From positions 7,943,744 to 8,007,743 of the forward strand of contig OZ199840.1 of NCBI GenBank assembly GCA_964304625.1: a DNA stretch of 64,000 nt, in the 5' to 3' direction. The notes under the pieces are model-generated. The model searched no databases, was not told where the DNA came from, and saw only the letters and a program-made list of their open reading frames with translations. Of the stretch, positions 1 to 15,068 are shown in pieces (position 1 is the stretch's first letter; each line of letters begins with the position of its first letter). The position numbers and the translations under genes were made by a program. The DNA is from Kudoa neothunni. Taxonomy: Eukaryota; Animalia; Cnidaria.

Positions 1-72
1 TATATTAAACACAAAAATATTTATTGTAAATATTCGCATATGTGAATAAATTTGTGTATTGGTTGGTTTTAG

Positions 73-1282
73 TTGTTGGGATTTGTCCAGAGAACAGTAA
101 TATCGCAATGGACTTTACATTTATGTATAAAACAAAAGACGTATGATACAATAATAGTCAATTTATTAGTTTTTGAGATTTATAAATATAGTTGTTGATT
201 GATTATTTCACCGAACTTGAAGAGGAGAGTGTTCGTGATAATTTTGTCATAATCTATGAGTTGCTGGACGAGATAATTGACTATGGAATACCACAAATAA
301 CCGAATCCAAAATATTACACGAGTAATTAATGTCTTTTCAGCATTTCTTATCGATTATAATAACCTTTGTAATTTTAATAAATTTTCACTATTTAGATAT
401 ATCACTCAGGAGAGCTACCGTATGAAAACAGCTACACGACCGCCCATGGCCGTAACAAATGCAGTCTCTTGGCGTAGTGAAGGTATACGCTATCGAAAAA
501 ATCAAATTTTCGTTGATGTGGTGGAACATATCAATTGTTTGGTGAATATTTTTCTCCTATATACATCCCCGTATTTATTATAATTCTTGGTGTTAGATGA
601 CTAAAGATGGAACGATTTTGAGTTGCGACATCAATGGGGTAATCAAATGCGACTGCAAATTATCCGGGATGCCAGAATTGAGAATGGGGTTCAATGATAT
701 GTTGGCTATGAATAACTCACGACAAAACAAAAGTATGGTTACAATTTTTTTAGTGTAGATGGTGATTGACTGTGGCAATCCCTCCGGGGTTTATAGTAAG
801 ACAGGGAACAAAAATCGAACTTGAAGATATCAAATTCCATCAGTGTGTACGTTTGGCTTCGTTTGAAACAGACAGAAAAATATCATTCATTCCACCCGAC
901 GGAAAATTTGATCTTATGTCCTATAGAGTACCTTTTACGGGACGTCCTCCATTTCTAATTTCTCAAAATTATGATGTGATGAATGCCAGTCGTATCAAAT
1001 TCCGTGTTAGGGTATCTATGTTTAATTTCTATATTTTCACAAGTTTTTGGTAGGTTATGAGCACCTACAAGGGCGATGTTAACGCTGTAAAGGTAGATGT
1101 GAAAATTCCTGTCCCGCCAGACATGGTCAACCAAAAATTCACTGTATTTTTATCTTTTTGTATAGTTTTTGAGTGTATTTGTTCATAATAGACCCAACGA
1201 GGAAAATGCACCTACCTGCCTGAATGCAACATTGTGAATTGGTCGATGAGCTCGTTTGGAGTACGATAATGAAATTCTCTCT

Positions 1283-1313
<31 letters not shown>

Positions 1314-1785
1314 CTTTACTGATTATTAATATTCTTTTCTATTATTGAATTAAATATATTTATTTAAAAATGAAAAATAACATTTTATCCATCAAATTCA
1401 TTATTTAGGGCCAAAAGGAAGCTGAACTAACTGTCGAATTCAATCTTCCCACTATCAGTACTATTATAAACTTTGCGTTTTGCAATTATTGAAACTTTTG
1501 TTAATTTTGTGAAAATCCATTTGTAGATCAAGGATCCGATATAAAGGCACCAATTACGGTCGAGTTTGAGATTAGCTATTATGCTGCTTCGAGAATACAA
1601 GTATGCCGTGATACTTTGACAACAATTATTCGAAAAATTTAGATTCGTTATATGAAAATCTCTGAGAAAAGTGGATATGAAGCGTTTCCTTGGGCTCGAT
1701 ATATCACCCATAATGGAGGTAAGGTTTTGTATTGTTTAACTCATTGACTATTTGATGTGTAGACTATCAGGTTAGAGGTATGTGA
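73..1785 (+). CDS. AP1M1: AP-1 adaptor complex mu subunit, multi-exon, 5'-partial
   Basis: Spliced translation DYFTELEEESVRDNFVIIYELLDEIIDYGIPQITESKILHEYITQE...PPMAVTNAVSWRSEGIRYRKN...IELEDIKFHQCVRL...ISFIPPDGKFDLMSYR...YEAFPWARYITHNG.YQVRGM*. These are mu1-adaptin motifs. Stop TGA at 1783-1785. Confidence 0.93.
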
Positions 1786-2649
1786 TATATTAGAAGCAAA
1801 CTTTGTACTTCAAATATTCAACAGTTATACAACCCGCAGCTACGTTATATTAACAATTTACTGTTTAATTTGTGTCCACTTTATCCGCCTAATATTTTTG
1901 TGAAGATTGCTAAGGTGTGATGCGATTTATTATTTTACCCTCCGAGCACTTGTGATATCTGAATGAACTCTAGATTGATTTTCATCGTAATTCGCTACTC
2001 ATTAGAAACGTTAAATAGGCTGGATTCCATCATTAAACCTTTATTAATTACTCAAATAAAGCTTACGTCAGGCGATTTTGGAGTCAAGAATGATCCACTA
2101 TTTTATTTCAAAAATAATATTTTTTAATGTCAAAAAGCTACGTCTATTAAATACTGGGGCAAATAGAACAATATGCCTCGGTTTTGGTTGGATCAATACT
2201 TATCGTAATCGGCGGTTAGAAATTGTAGAATTATGTGATAAGTTTCTGAAAAGTGGTGACTCAGAATGCAATTAAATCTAAGATTTTGTTTAATAATGCG
2301 TTCTTTCATTTGTTTGTGAGAGTCCAGATGACTGTGGAATTACTACATGTATAGATTTAAAAACCTCTAGACATTAAAGAATGCTTTAATTTTTTATGTA
2401 CGGCATTAATATTGTTGTATTTTTTAAATTACGCTTGAATAAGGCACACACTTAAGCGACACAACACCTCGTGATTATTGTTTAAATAAACAATTAATGT
2501 ATTTTCAATAAAGGATTACAAATATTTATATTTTTAATGACGTATCCTATTCAGATTATACCATGCAGCAGTGCTTCCCAACTAAGACCGGACTCGCACC
2601 CGCTTGCATACGGTAAGGTGTATCTGACTCAAAAATTATTTTCTATTCT

Positions 2650-3750
2650 GATCTAATCTAATCTAATCTAATCTCTTATCCCCAAGCCTATAGTTCACAC
2701 CCTTGGGGGTGCGGGAACCAAGGATTGGAAAAAATTAATTGCAATTATTATCATTATATTTAATACCCTATAATTAATATTCTTTCTTATTATAATTGAT
2801 TTTGTCTTTGAGTCCATTCATTTGTGTTTTAAATTTTGCAGTATCACGCCTTTAATTATTTATAATTTGCAGATTTTCATACTTGTTTGAACTGTAATCT
2901 ACATCTATTTGTTTTGATTCTCGGAACGATATTTTGTAAATAAACGATGTTTTTTTTAATCTTAGAGTAAATATATTTTACTTTTATATTTCACTTTGAT
3001 CCGATAATGCATCTCCGTATCTAATGCCAGATTCATATGACCAAATTTTGATTCCTCTAAATTAAGAATTGAATATGAATTTTTAATGATTCGTTAATCA
3101 ATTTATGCAACTTTAAAAATCTTAAATATCCCTTTATCACGTTCATAAGGCCAGCGTCGACTAACAATTTTTAACCAAAGTCTATATTTCGGAAACAAAA
3201 CTTTGAATCGTCTCATTAAGTGATATTTTCGTAGGATATAGAGGAACTCTACCTAACTGTACACTTCTAAATAGGGTTTGACCGATTCGATACCACATTT
3301 TAAATTTCGATTGTTTTATACGTTTGTTGTATTCTAATGAGATTACGCCAAATTTTTAGTCATTCAAAAACAAGTTTTATTTCGGTAATGGCAAAGCATG
3401 CAGCACGTAAAAACACCCTCTTTCGCTTATTTTTTTCGCATTTCTTTTTTTACGATTCTTGATGATAACTTCAAAATTTTAAGCTGAATTTTTCATCCGA
3501 ACATTGTCGGATACACGTGTAATCTCCATCTTTTTTTCAACAAACATTGAATTGCCCTCTAATTTGTTTTGATAATCATTCATAAATTGGTTATGCTTCA
3601 TATTTTTTACCATATAAACATAAATTTTACAATACTAGATTTATCTATATAAGTTTTTATTGGTTTTATGTACGAATAGTTTAAAAACGAGGACAACCAC
3701 GCGCTCTCAAAATGCATTTTCTTAAATCTCTTAGAACTGGGGAGTTTTTT
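2650..3750 (-). mobile_element. Degenerate non-LTR retrotransposon (LINE) 3' portion with (AGATT)n tail
   Basis: Minus strand reads SYESGIRYGDALS (~3005-3045), resembling the RT GVRQGDPLS motif, amid many stops. A GC-rich 3'UTR-like segment at 2675-2725 is followed by an (ATCTA)n array at ~2651-2673. Boundaries approximate. Confidence 0.45.
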
Positions 3751-4453
3751 TAATAATAAATCAACATTATATTTTAGATAAACATTTAATTTCAACAAGT
3801 AAATAACTTAAGGTTGATTATATGAAGTTATTACTTTATTAGAGAAATTCTTACGTGTGTTTAGTATAATATTCGATAAACATAAAAATATTCTTATTAT
3901 AACTTCCCCAAATTGTTATTTCTATAAATTTATTAGTTTTAGTCAATTATATGTGTACCGATATAAATAATAACCTCAGTTAACACATTGTTGTTTACAT
4001 CTTGTAATATTCTTAATTCGTACATTTGGCTGAATTCGTTGTCGCCAAGTTTGGACATATAAAAAAACTTACAAAACAAAAAATATATAGCTTAATATTT
4101 TTTTTAGATATTTTACAAATTTTTAAAAGTAAGACAACTTATTATCATCATTTAAAAAATTATGTTTCTGAATTTTAATAATAAAAATTAAATATATTCT
4201 TAATTTCTAATAAAAAATTTATTAAAAAAAATTATAAACTAAATTAAATCTTGCTACATTAATATCTATTTTATAAAATTCAAAAAGTGTTTTCATTATA
4301 CTGAAAAATGAGATGTTTTTGTGAAATATGAAAAAAGTTTATTTTTAAAGTTAGTTTATATAAAATTTTTGTATATCAATAGTAAAAAATCTAAATAGTA
4401 ATATTAAATAAATTTTGAGTTAATAACTAAGAAAGAAACAAAATATTCAATGT

Positions 4454-5183
4454 TTGTTGAAAAAAGATGGAGATTACACGTGTTTCCGACTGCGGTCGGA
4501 TGAAAAATTCTCAAAATATTGTTTTATTTTATTATCAAGAATCGTTAAAACATATTATTCTAAAACGGACCAAATAAAATCAAAATGGCGATGCAAATAC
4601 GGAAAAGAATCGGCACAAAAGGAAGGAACAGGATGGACGAATATTTTTGACCACATTAAAAGTCAGCGCGGAGAATATCAAGTATTTCAAAAAACACCAA
4701 CAATACCCGAAAATTTTATTGCCCTAACGGAAGTTACTAATACTAATAACTAATAAGGGGAAAAATATTTAGATCTGGTCATTAAAGAGATGGAAAAACA
4801 AATTACAGATATTTTGTCATCCTTTTCTCCGTTGTTGATCGAGACAACATTTACAGCTGTTGAACACCATGAATTGATAAAATTTGTTTTGAAGATTTGT
4901 CCTACGATGAGAAAATGGCGGTAGCAGATTTGGAATTATGTGTACAAGATTATGATAAGTAAAATGACCCTTCAACCGGCCCTCGTAAAAGAAAGTTTAA
5001 GATGAAATCTTCCACTTATTATCTCGATTTTGTACTTAATTTTTCTATAATAGGTGATAATGTGTACATTAACAATATTTTCTGAGCATATTTATTCTTA
5101 TAACTAAAGTGAAAACGATTAATCGTTGATTACAAGCGTTTGAGTTAATGTAATTAACATCAATCAATTATTCCTAACCCCTG
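4454..5183 (+). mobile_element. Degenerate hAT-like transposon remnant with BED-finger-like fragment
   Basis: ORF 4454-4753 contains KWRCKYGKESAQKEGTGWTNIFDHIK (BED-type W.C.....G.TN..H). Downstream are gattaatcg-type subterminal repeats and a ...taacccctg terminus at 5183. Confidence 0.45.
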
Positions 5184-6329
5184 GCGGAACCACTGTCATG
5201 CAGGGTTTAAACATTTGCGTAATTACTCAGTAAACATTGTCACACATTATTAGAACATTTAAATTGAATGTCTAAAGACGTAATTATTGAATCGGAAGGT
5301 TAAAAACTTTAATAAATACGATTATATTTTGTTGTATTTTAAACTAGTGTTTTTCTCAAACTCTTCTGGCAGCCCTGTACCAGGCACGTAGCGTGGATAT
5401 TTCCTTGGGGTAAGCACTCAATGATTTTACTCTAGCATTAGATTACCGTGAGTTTTGAAAATATTTACTGTTATTCATGATTCCTACGGCTATTTGTAAG
5501 TCGAAAAACCTATTCACATTCAGTCACGTGCGTTATTTTGAGGATTTTATACAACGTATCTGTGTATGCTTATTAATTTATAAATCGATTGGTCTTTTTG
5601 GATTATATTAATAATTAAATTTTCAGTAATTTTGGCTTGTTAATTTTAGAGATATTAATTGCCTATGAGATAGCATGTTCCTCGAGGGGATTATCAGGTA
5701 CCTGCGAAATAGCCACTGTCATTATTATACCTCATAAGGGCAGTAACGAAGGACCAAAAATGGTATATGCGCACGCACACATTCATTTAGGATTAAAAAT
5801 ATTCTAATCAATAGCCAGTGTCTTAAAGATTTGTTGTTATTGAGATATTAAAAGTTTTTATATAGCGCGCAGTCATACTTCATAATTTTATTTATGAAGC
5901 TAAGAAAAACAAAAGTATGGGGTAATCCTGGGACCGAAAATTGTTTTGTGTATGATCGTTTTAGACATACATGGAGGATTAAGAATTTTTTAATCAAATT
6001 GAACTCAGGAATGTTCAACACGCTATTTGAATTTAATTTACTTCATAGACTTTATTATATTGTAAAATTTTTAGTATTTTTATTGTAATTTTCTAAAGAG
6101 AGCATAATCCTTATTCCGAAAATAATTAATTAATATATCATTGGATGGATTCGGAGTTCTGCCCTTTATATTCTTTAAAAAAAATTATACAACATATAAA
6201 CCTAATTATTTTCAAAGGATTAAAATTTTCCTCATAAAAATTCGATTCTCACAATCGTACAACAAAATAACTGCCTGTCGTTAAATAAACAACAGGATTA
6301 GATTTTTGTTTGTGGAAAACATTAAAAAT

Positions 6330-8381
6330 ATGGACTCGTTGGCCCAGCTATGGAAGAACGTACAAATATCGTTAAACAATATTGCGTTTTCATTGTAAAA
6401 TTCTTCTAATGAGAATATTCCAAAAAATAATCACCCTTAATATTTTTTTTCAAATAAATAAGCTTCTTAGACTACATGAGAACATTCGTGCTGGATTGAG
6501 AACGGTCGTATTAGTGATGAATACAGTGGTGGGTAGTAACGGGAAGCTTAGTTTCATTGAAGATGTGGGGAAACACATGTCTTGCGTGATTGCAGTGAGA
6601 TATATGGATGGATTTAAGGCTGTAGTTACATTGACAAACGATTCGTAACTAGGCTTTATTAATTACGCGTTTATTTCATGAGTTTCATTTGTAGTTATTT
6701 GACTGTGTGGACGTTGAGGAATCGTTATGGTTATTTTCCTAGTATTGCGTACTTTTTACAAGGTGAGTTTGTTGCATGATTGAAAAACTGATTCTGATTG
6801 TCATTCGATTGATTAATGTTTGTGTTTAGCACAAGGCACATGTTTGGATGTTTCTCCGAGTGCGCGACAAGCATTTGCTGGTTTAGAAAATGGACAGATT
6901 TCTGTAATAATTTCAACAATTTGATTACAATAATCAACTTTAATCTTATTAATGTAATCGAAATGTTAAAATGACCCCATGTGATCCTTGTAATGGAGAA
7001 AATGAGTCAACGTTAAAATTAAATTTGCACGATTCGCTGCTAAAAGTCATTCTTAATTTAGGCAATTGTAATGAGTGAAGATTTGAATTATGTTAAATCG
7101 GAGCGTTATATAGCTGGTAAATTATGACAAAATACGTGCATTAATATAACATAAATGCACTTTAAGAACACACACCTCTAGTACCTATTAAAGCGATAGA
7201 GAGTGATGCAAAATCTGGACTAGTCATCTCAGTGAATCAAAAAGGCGAGCTGGTTGCTTTGAATTTGTTTAACAATGAGGTTTTATTTAAACGGAACATA
7301 TGCCTCGATCCGCATGATGTTGTGTATTTCCAGAGTTGTCTGCGTTTTTAACGCTCTACTTTAACTATTAGTTCTGATCACCTATCGAAAATATTCGTTT
7401 CTTATGGTCCGTGTGTTGTAGCTGTTAGTTTTCACTTGGAACCAAATCGTTCCCATATCACTAACACTGAAACATTGGTGGCGGAAAATTGTGGTAATCC
7501 ATTTAAATTATTTTTGATGTGATTATTTTGATTTGATATTAATAAAGGTCGAATCCTAAAACTTAGTTACTCCATCGAACAGAATACACTCGCGGCTGGA
7601 TGTGAATGTGGTTCAGTTTTCGTGTGGCGCTTTAGTCCCACCAAAAAGCATAGTTATATATTGAAATGGCACGGGTAAACTCAATAGAAATTTATCTATT
7701 GACAATTGGATAATTATTACATATTTATTAGTGTTCCTGTCAAGGCTGTCAACTTTTTATCAAACCCTCGTCAAATATTATCTCTTGATATTAATGGAAA
7801 CTTTTGTGTTTGGGATATGTCTATGGAACGTGAAGAAGTTGATTGCGCTGCATTTTTTGCTAAACATAAGTGTGTTCAATAGGTTGTCGGATGGTGTAAT
7901 GAAGATAAATGTGCCAATTGTGATGCTCCTTTTTTCTGGAATCTTTCAAGAATGTTTTCTATGAAAACTCTTGGAAAGAGAAGAGTAGGCGGTGATTCGT
8001 GTTGATCTTATTGTACTTGTTATAGCATCATTGTCGCAGTTGTGGGCGTTCACTTTGTGACAGCTGCTCCTCTCGCAGGTCAGTAGCCCCCTCAAAAGGA
8101 TGGGAAATTCCGATGAGACTTTGTGATGAATGCTACAAAGTGGTTGCGAATTCTGAGTATTCGATCTCGCTTTCCTTGTATATGCTAGAAAAATTGTTTA
8201 GCTTAACTCCTCGAATCAAATACTCAAACATCAATGCATCTGGCCACATATCCCTCATCAACACCGAATCCAACGTGGTCCTCACCTCTAACTTTTACTA
8301 TCCCATCAAGGTATTTGTTTTCGCACCAATTAAATATAACCATTATATTTTTAGCTATTCTTTATCCAATTTGGGAATTAA
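6330..8381 (+). CDS. WDFY2: WD repeat and FYVE domain-containing protein (WDFY1/WDFY2 family), multi-exon
   Basis: Spliced FYVE domain WCNEDKCANCDAPFFWNLSRMFSMKTLGKRR|HHCRSCGRSLCDSCSSRRSVAPSKGWEIPMRLCDECYK. It carries the PFFWN..M insert typical of WDFY1/2 and is preceded by WD-like exons (…GNFCVWDM). Start and internal exons approximate. Confidence 0.85.
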
Positions 8382-9559
8382 TTATAACTGGAAAAATTGT
8401 TTTATTATTTTTCTATAATATTGGGATGAGTTTTTCATAATTAGAACGTGTGCACATTCGTATTGAAAATAGCTTTAATCGGCGTTTTAATTTTTAACGG
8501 CAGAAAAACAAAAATCTTTTTCATTATTGAGATATCAGAGGCTAATTTTATCCAAAGCTCTTGCTGTTTGCTCATGAAAATTTAATTGTAAACCAGCACT
8601 TGCCAACTGCAGGTGCGAAATTTACAAATTGTTCAGGGCGAGGGAACATTTTTAAATTTTCTTTGAAAGTTTTAAGATTATGTTCGTGAAAAATACAGAT
8701 AGAATAACTTATGGGTCGTCCGTAATAATGCAATAAAACATACATTAACAACGTATTACTTCAATTTGACTTTAGAAAACTTACATTATCAATAGGCTTC
8801 ATGGATTTTTTTGTAATTCACAATTAGGGACCGTGCATAATGATTTCTCGATAACTACCAAAATTCCAACTCTATCTCAAAAAGTAGCGAATGTATCTAA
8901 TGCTAAATTTGAAACAATGAAGATCTTTGATGTAAATGCAAGATCCGCCATGAATACTTTATAAACATACAGATTAGTTGTTTGAATCTTACAACGATTT
9001 TATTATTACAAATTAATTCAAAGATCTAATTGAATAATAATGTTAATTGGTCAAAATATAACCTAATTTTTAAAATTTTGATTTCCCTTTTGATTACGTA
9101 CCACTCATAAGTCACTGTATAATGTAGTTTTTCAACTCAATCACGAACGTATTAGTGAATATTTACTATTTTAATAAATAAATGAAAATACTATACATAT
9201 TTACCGCGTTTCCTTGAATTTAAGATAAGTCTTATTAAGTCAATGACTAAATTTACGCACTTCTTTAAGATATTGTATAATTTGAATCTATTCGTTAAAT
9301 AATTTGGATTTAAGTAGTTTTAATCATTTTTCTTGGCACCTTATTGAAAAATGGATTAATTATGTTCAATGGTTAGCAAAATTAGATATAAGTTATATAT
9401 AGATTTAATAAAAATACAACATAATGTGGTACTTGACTGACCTTGCATATAGATATAGATATAAGGCCTCTAATCCGCCTCCCTTCTCTATTAAAAAAAT
9501 ATATTCAAATCTGAAGATGATGCCATAACCAATTTTTTTTAATAATGCAAAAGGAAATG

Positions 9560-9880
9560 AAGATATTGGTGGTAGCGAATATTTTCTATGCGAGGTCGAA
9601 TTTCCAGATGAAATTACTAATGATCATTTATCACATGGTTCTGTCTCAGAAATTAATATAGTCAAGCAGCGGCGAAGACGGGAGGATACGGAGATCGCAT
9701 AGATGGACTTGGGATTTTTGGACTTTGTCCTGTAATTATAAGAAGGTAGGAAAGGAGAACGAGAAACCCTTATCTCAACCATCCAAATGAGGTTTTTGAA
9801 GAATCAACCATTAGTAATGATGAATGGAAGACCTACAGTATGTTGAATTGAATGCGGCCATATAAAACTCATTCTAACAT
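9560..9880 (+). mobile_element. Possible degenerate LINE ORF1 (gag-like knuckle) fragment
   Basis: Interrupted frame ...KNQPLVMMNGRPTVC*IECGHIK resembles the GRP..C..C...GH zinc-knuckle region of LINE ORF1 proteins. The segment is locally GC-richer. Confidence 0.3.
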
Positions 9881-12153
9881 AATAACAACACACTTTATAT
9901 AATATCAGATTAAGTCAATGAACAAGCCGTGTTAGCGGGTGAATATAGGATAATGGGGGTTTCGTGGTCCTAATATTATTTCCCGAAAGTGGGACGGTTA
10001 CATCTTGTGAATAATCCAGCACAATAACCTAAGTTCACTTGGCTACGGGCATAAAAGGTTAATCATTTCATTGAGTATATAAGAGACGGTGCACATATAA
10101 ATACCATAGAAGTGTATTGCAGAAGGTTAAAACAAAATTCCCTGAATGAAAATAGATGTTTCATTCAACATTTCATCAGAGTATTTGTGCGAAAAATTGT
10201 TTTATTCTATCATTAGAGAAAATTTTCAACTCTTGAATAATCTCAACAGAATTTTGGTATGATAATAATGTAGTTATGAACAAATTGACTTTTATATTTT
10301 GTTGTGAATATAAGAAGTGTCTGAAGATGTAAAATTGGAAATTATATGTTGGAAAATTGATATTGTGCGAACAAAAATATTCATTATTGAATTGTTCGGT
10401 AACAATTACTCAAGTTTGTTTAAATTGTATTATTTCTAAATAAATGCATTTACTAGCTTTATCCACCGGAATATTAAAGTGTGGGGAATTACTAACGAAA
10501 ACTAAAAATAAAATATTCATATAGAAAAGTATACAATGAAATTGGTAAAAAATTTCGAGTCAGTTAACCTTCATAAAAATGATCATAAAGTCATCAGATT
10601 GTATACATACTTCAAGTTCGTGTTAAAAACAAAGGAGATGTTTCAACTAATGGATTAGATGTGAAAAATAAAGACAGAAGGTACAAATGATTTCTTAGCC
10701 AAACTAAATTAAATTGTACTATAATGATGAGATATGCTTTAATTTCAATAATATTGATAAAAACTAATCAATCCATGTTTTTATTCTCTAATTTAATATC
10801 TTTATTTCATTGAAATAGATATTGGGAAATTTTTTTTATTGTTACTTTTCTTCATTTTTAAAGGCTAAAATATTAATATTTGATAAATATAATTATTGTT
10901 AAAGTCAACGTCGCAAGTTATTGGAGTATAAAATTTTTTCCATTACTAAGAAAGTTCTAATAAAAATTTATAAACTAAACCAAACAATTGTGCATGTAAA
11001 TATACATCGGAAAAGTTGATATTCTAATGAGAAATAGAGAAGAATAACACATTATTTCTTAATATTGGACAGGACCATTTATTAAATCGTAGTGCGTAAG
11101 ATTTCGCGTGTAAATATTAAATTTTATTTATTTATGTTAATAAAGGATTTTAACATTAAAATAAGAAAAAGATATCCATTTTCCATGTTTATTTAAAAAT
11201 GATGAAAATTATGAGTGTCACCGACTTTAGCTTTAGCCGAATAGAATTAGACCAAAATTTAGAAGCTATCTTTCTGGTCTTCATTTATGCACATAATATT
11301 CTTTTCATTTTTTTGTTGATAATCATTAAAGAGAGAAAGAGCGAAAAGCAAGCAAGTGAGAGTTTTTTTAGGAATCACCTACTATATCTCTACTGACGTA
11401 TTGTACCTAAACTGTTGTGCAAAGATAATTAAAGAGATTTTTTAACAGTATAAAAAAGTTAGGGATTGCTAAATTACAGGAGTAGCACATGTTTGAATGC
11501 TATGAACTTTGATGGGCCAAACTACAATAGTCAACCGATTTTTCGCACATTTTTCCGCCTTTCATCCTATTTTTGTTCTGATGAGCATGCGATAAAAATA
11601 ATTTTCCATCTCATTCTCCTTAAAACTGTTCTTTAATAATCAAATCTTATTATCTTTGATGAACGTAAATATTACTGTAGGATAATTCGAACTTCCGCAT
11701 GGATACAAATCCCATTTACAAACATTTACTGGCTATTTTATCATATTATTTCCTATATTTACTTATGGTATTCTACGTCAAGAGAAGTACGATAATTATA
11801 ATAATGTAATAATTTTAATGTTAATAGATAACGACATATTAATAATAATTAGTGTAAACGTGTTAACGAGAATTCTTTTTTTCTTAGAGTGCATGTCGCA
11901 CATCCTATAATTTAGATTGGTTCACAAAGGCGCTTAATTATACTGTAAACTGAATGTTATATATTATTTAATAATATCGTTGTATAAACTTGTGGGCCCA
12001 ACTAAATTTTTTCACTGTGACGCGCACATAAAAAGTGGGAAAAATCAGTCGTGACCAGGGCGTCCAATGAGACAATTAAAAAAAACCCAAGGTCGAAAAG
12101 AAAACATAACAATATTATTAAAATAACAAAAATTCTTATTTTAAGCGGGTTTT

Positions 12154-12545
12154 CTAATTATTGTCATCAATTGAATCATCTTGATCATCTTCACAATCCT
12201 CAGTCAGGAAGTCTGATCTATTATTCAAGCGTTCAAAGTATCGTTGGCTCACATCATGTATTAGTTTATTCGTTGGATGCGACGTCAAACACGAATTATT
12301 ATTTCCTCTGATCAACCGCTTTGCGAGAAGTTTACATTTTACAATTTCAACCTTTAATGAATTGGTTTGTTTAGTTTTTACTGCGTTCATCTAGAAAAAA
12401 ATTCATTTAACATTTGCGATAGCTGGAATTGCTATCCTTGGCATCTTGATCGAGCCAATCTTTAAAAGCTTCTACTTTTGACCAATCTTAATTAGAACCC
12501 ATATTATCCCACGCTCTTTTTGAGCTCCGTTTGAAATCTCACATA
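12154..12545 (-). CDS. Hypothetical protein, spliced, acidic C-terminus; 5' end unresolved (may extend to ~12930)
   Basis: Terminal ORF 12154-12390 preceded by a ...TTCTAG acceptor. An upstream exon-like frame WSKVEAFKDWLDQDAKDSNSSYRK is flanked by splice-like sites. No homologue recognised. Confidence 0.4.
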
Positions 12546-13402
12546 TACTTTAAAATAATTCACGCTAATAACTTCAAAATATATTATTAAAAAAACTAGT
12601 AAATTTTAATTCTCTCCACTCTTAAACCAATAAATGCGATTATTATATCTTATTCGAAAACTAATTATTTATAGATTGATCTCGAAAAATTCAATTGTCT
12701 ACAAATTTTGTAAATAAACAAAAAAACCCAACGTTTTGGCTTCCTGGTCGTGACGCATTTTCGCACTTTATTGATGGTCCCCAGGGGATTACGAAAAAGC
12801 GGTTACCTGCTGTATCAAGGAATGTCAATATCTCTCATATTGACATTCGCACGAAAGAGAAAGACGCCAAATTTTTAATGTATGGTGGTTCTCACGATAA
12901 AAATATTTATTACCTTGGAAGTGTACACCATTCCAATTAGTATTTTCTCATACTTAACGTTAAAGATTTTACTTGAAAGTTTAGTGGTAATATTTAAATA
13001 GTAATCCAATAATCTGAGTTTAAATGATGATTTTACAAGTTATGCTACAAACTCGATTAGTTCCAATTTATACGCACAATCTTACACTAATTACTAACTA
13101 GTATTTAGTATATGGCTATTCTTACAAACCATAATTCACAGTTGAATCTAGTTGTGACGATATTTTATTATTTCTTCCCCACATATATCCTATTAATAAG
13201 AAAATTAAGAGAATATAGTAGATTAAAAAATTGAATGCGTATTCCACCCACAAATAGGAGTTATTTGAATTGAAAATGACGAGTAAATAACGATCCACAT
13301 TTAAGATTTAAATTACCCCTTAAAAATAGCATGCTTATAATTTTGGTTTAGATTTCGTGTATTATTTAACATAAAATTTTTTATTATTAGTTTATAGGTA
13401 AA

Positions 13403-14624
13403 CCCTCTAACGATAATGGGGTCGAATCGACCCAAAAGTAGATTTGAATAACATATAACTTTTTCTCCCTTAGTTCCAATGTTCTTGAATTCAAACTATT
13501 CTTTATAAATATATTCTTCTACGTAATTGAGGAAAATTGGATAATTTAGGTTTTTTTATGCAGCCAAAATTTGAAGGATACCCTCCAAAGATCGTTTGGG
13601 GCCGATTCGACTCCATCTTTTTATTTCATCATTTTTTACATAGATTCCATTAAATATGTCGTGTGAGATATTAAAGAAATTTACCGACAGAATTCCAAGG
13701 TAAATCAAAATTAATCCTTGAATTAATCTTATGCACCCTAATCGAACATTGCTTTTACACAATTTCGGCGATCGATTGCTCTAGGTAATAAAAATATTTT
13801 TTCCTTCAATAGTAATTTGGTATCAAGATATTTACGGATTCTAAATTTAATTTTTTATTCCATAACGATTAGCCTTCTGGTAGTGAATATGAGGATGTTA
13901 TAATTGAAGATCTCTCAAGAAACTGATGACGACGATCTGGGCATATATGATAATTCATTTATTAGCAAATATGGGCTAGTATAGAATCTTACAAAAAGAT
14001 CTACATCAAGAAAAAGCGAAGAAAATATTTTTTGGAGCTCTCGGCCACGTTTGACAATTTATATGACGTTGAGAGTAAAATCAATGCTTGATTGTTGTTA
14101 CTTACGGATTGTGCAATCGCCATTTTTGCATTGACAAGTTAGTTAGACGTTTCATTTAGTGTTTCAATATTGAAAAAAATAAATCACGGGGAATAACATA
14201 TTACGCGGGTAGTGTTATGATATGGTTAAACGTTCGAATGCGTTATTTTTTTAAGTGCACAAAGTCATAAAGCTACCTTTTATGTTTGTTTTAATTTAAG
14301 TAAAATTTCGCTAAAATCGTAATAACCAGCATCATTAAATTAGTTTGTGTAGATGAGTCTCGTTTCACAATGTAGCCGCCGTTTACTCAGAATGTAGTAT
14401 TAACGGTATGTAGTGAAGTTGTCTGAATCCGTACATTAATGGATTATCGAAGATTAATGGGTTAGTAAACTTTAATTCACTCAAAACTTCCTAGATAGAT
14501 GTCTTACATGTTTTATAAACCGGAACAAAATATTTTTTACTAAAGAAAAATAATATAAAAATGTGGGGTCGATTCAACCCCAAATGATCGTTGGAGATAA
14601 GTCGTTTTTATGATCATTAGAGGG
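13403..14624 (+). mobile_element. Degenerate piggyBac-like element
   Basis: Ends CCCTCTAACGAT... and ...ATCATTAGAGGG. Subterminal palindromes GGGGTCGAATCGACCC and GGGGTCGATTCAACCCC. Internal remnant DDDDLGIYDNSFISKYGLV*NLTKRSTSRKSEENIF resembles a piggyBac transposase N-terminus. The TTAA TSDs are decayed. Confidence 0.65.
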
Positions 14625-15068
14625 GTAAATAATACTTATTATCATCCTAATATAATTTGAAAAAAATATTATTTAATAACTTTTTAATGATAAACAATTA
14701 AAAAAGTTTTGAAATGGAATTCATATAATTATTACCAAATTTTTACCATAATATTTGTTTTATATTTGAATTTTAACTGTTATTTTGAAATTGTTACGAT
14801 TAGAATTAGGTTTTCATAATTATATATTAACTCGAAAGATTACTTATAAGAATTTTCTAGGGCTAAAGTTTATTCTAAGCATTCCTCTCATATAAGATTA
14901 AATAGAAATAACAAAAACCCATTAAATATTTATAAAATAATCTAGATCTTATTTTAACTTTTTATGAATCTGAACTAATGAACCTCAGGATTATTTTGTG
15001 CAGTAAAGGTAGAAATATGGAGAAATCTTGTTTTTAAATTCCACGAATTCACGCGCAATGCATTAGAT

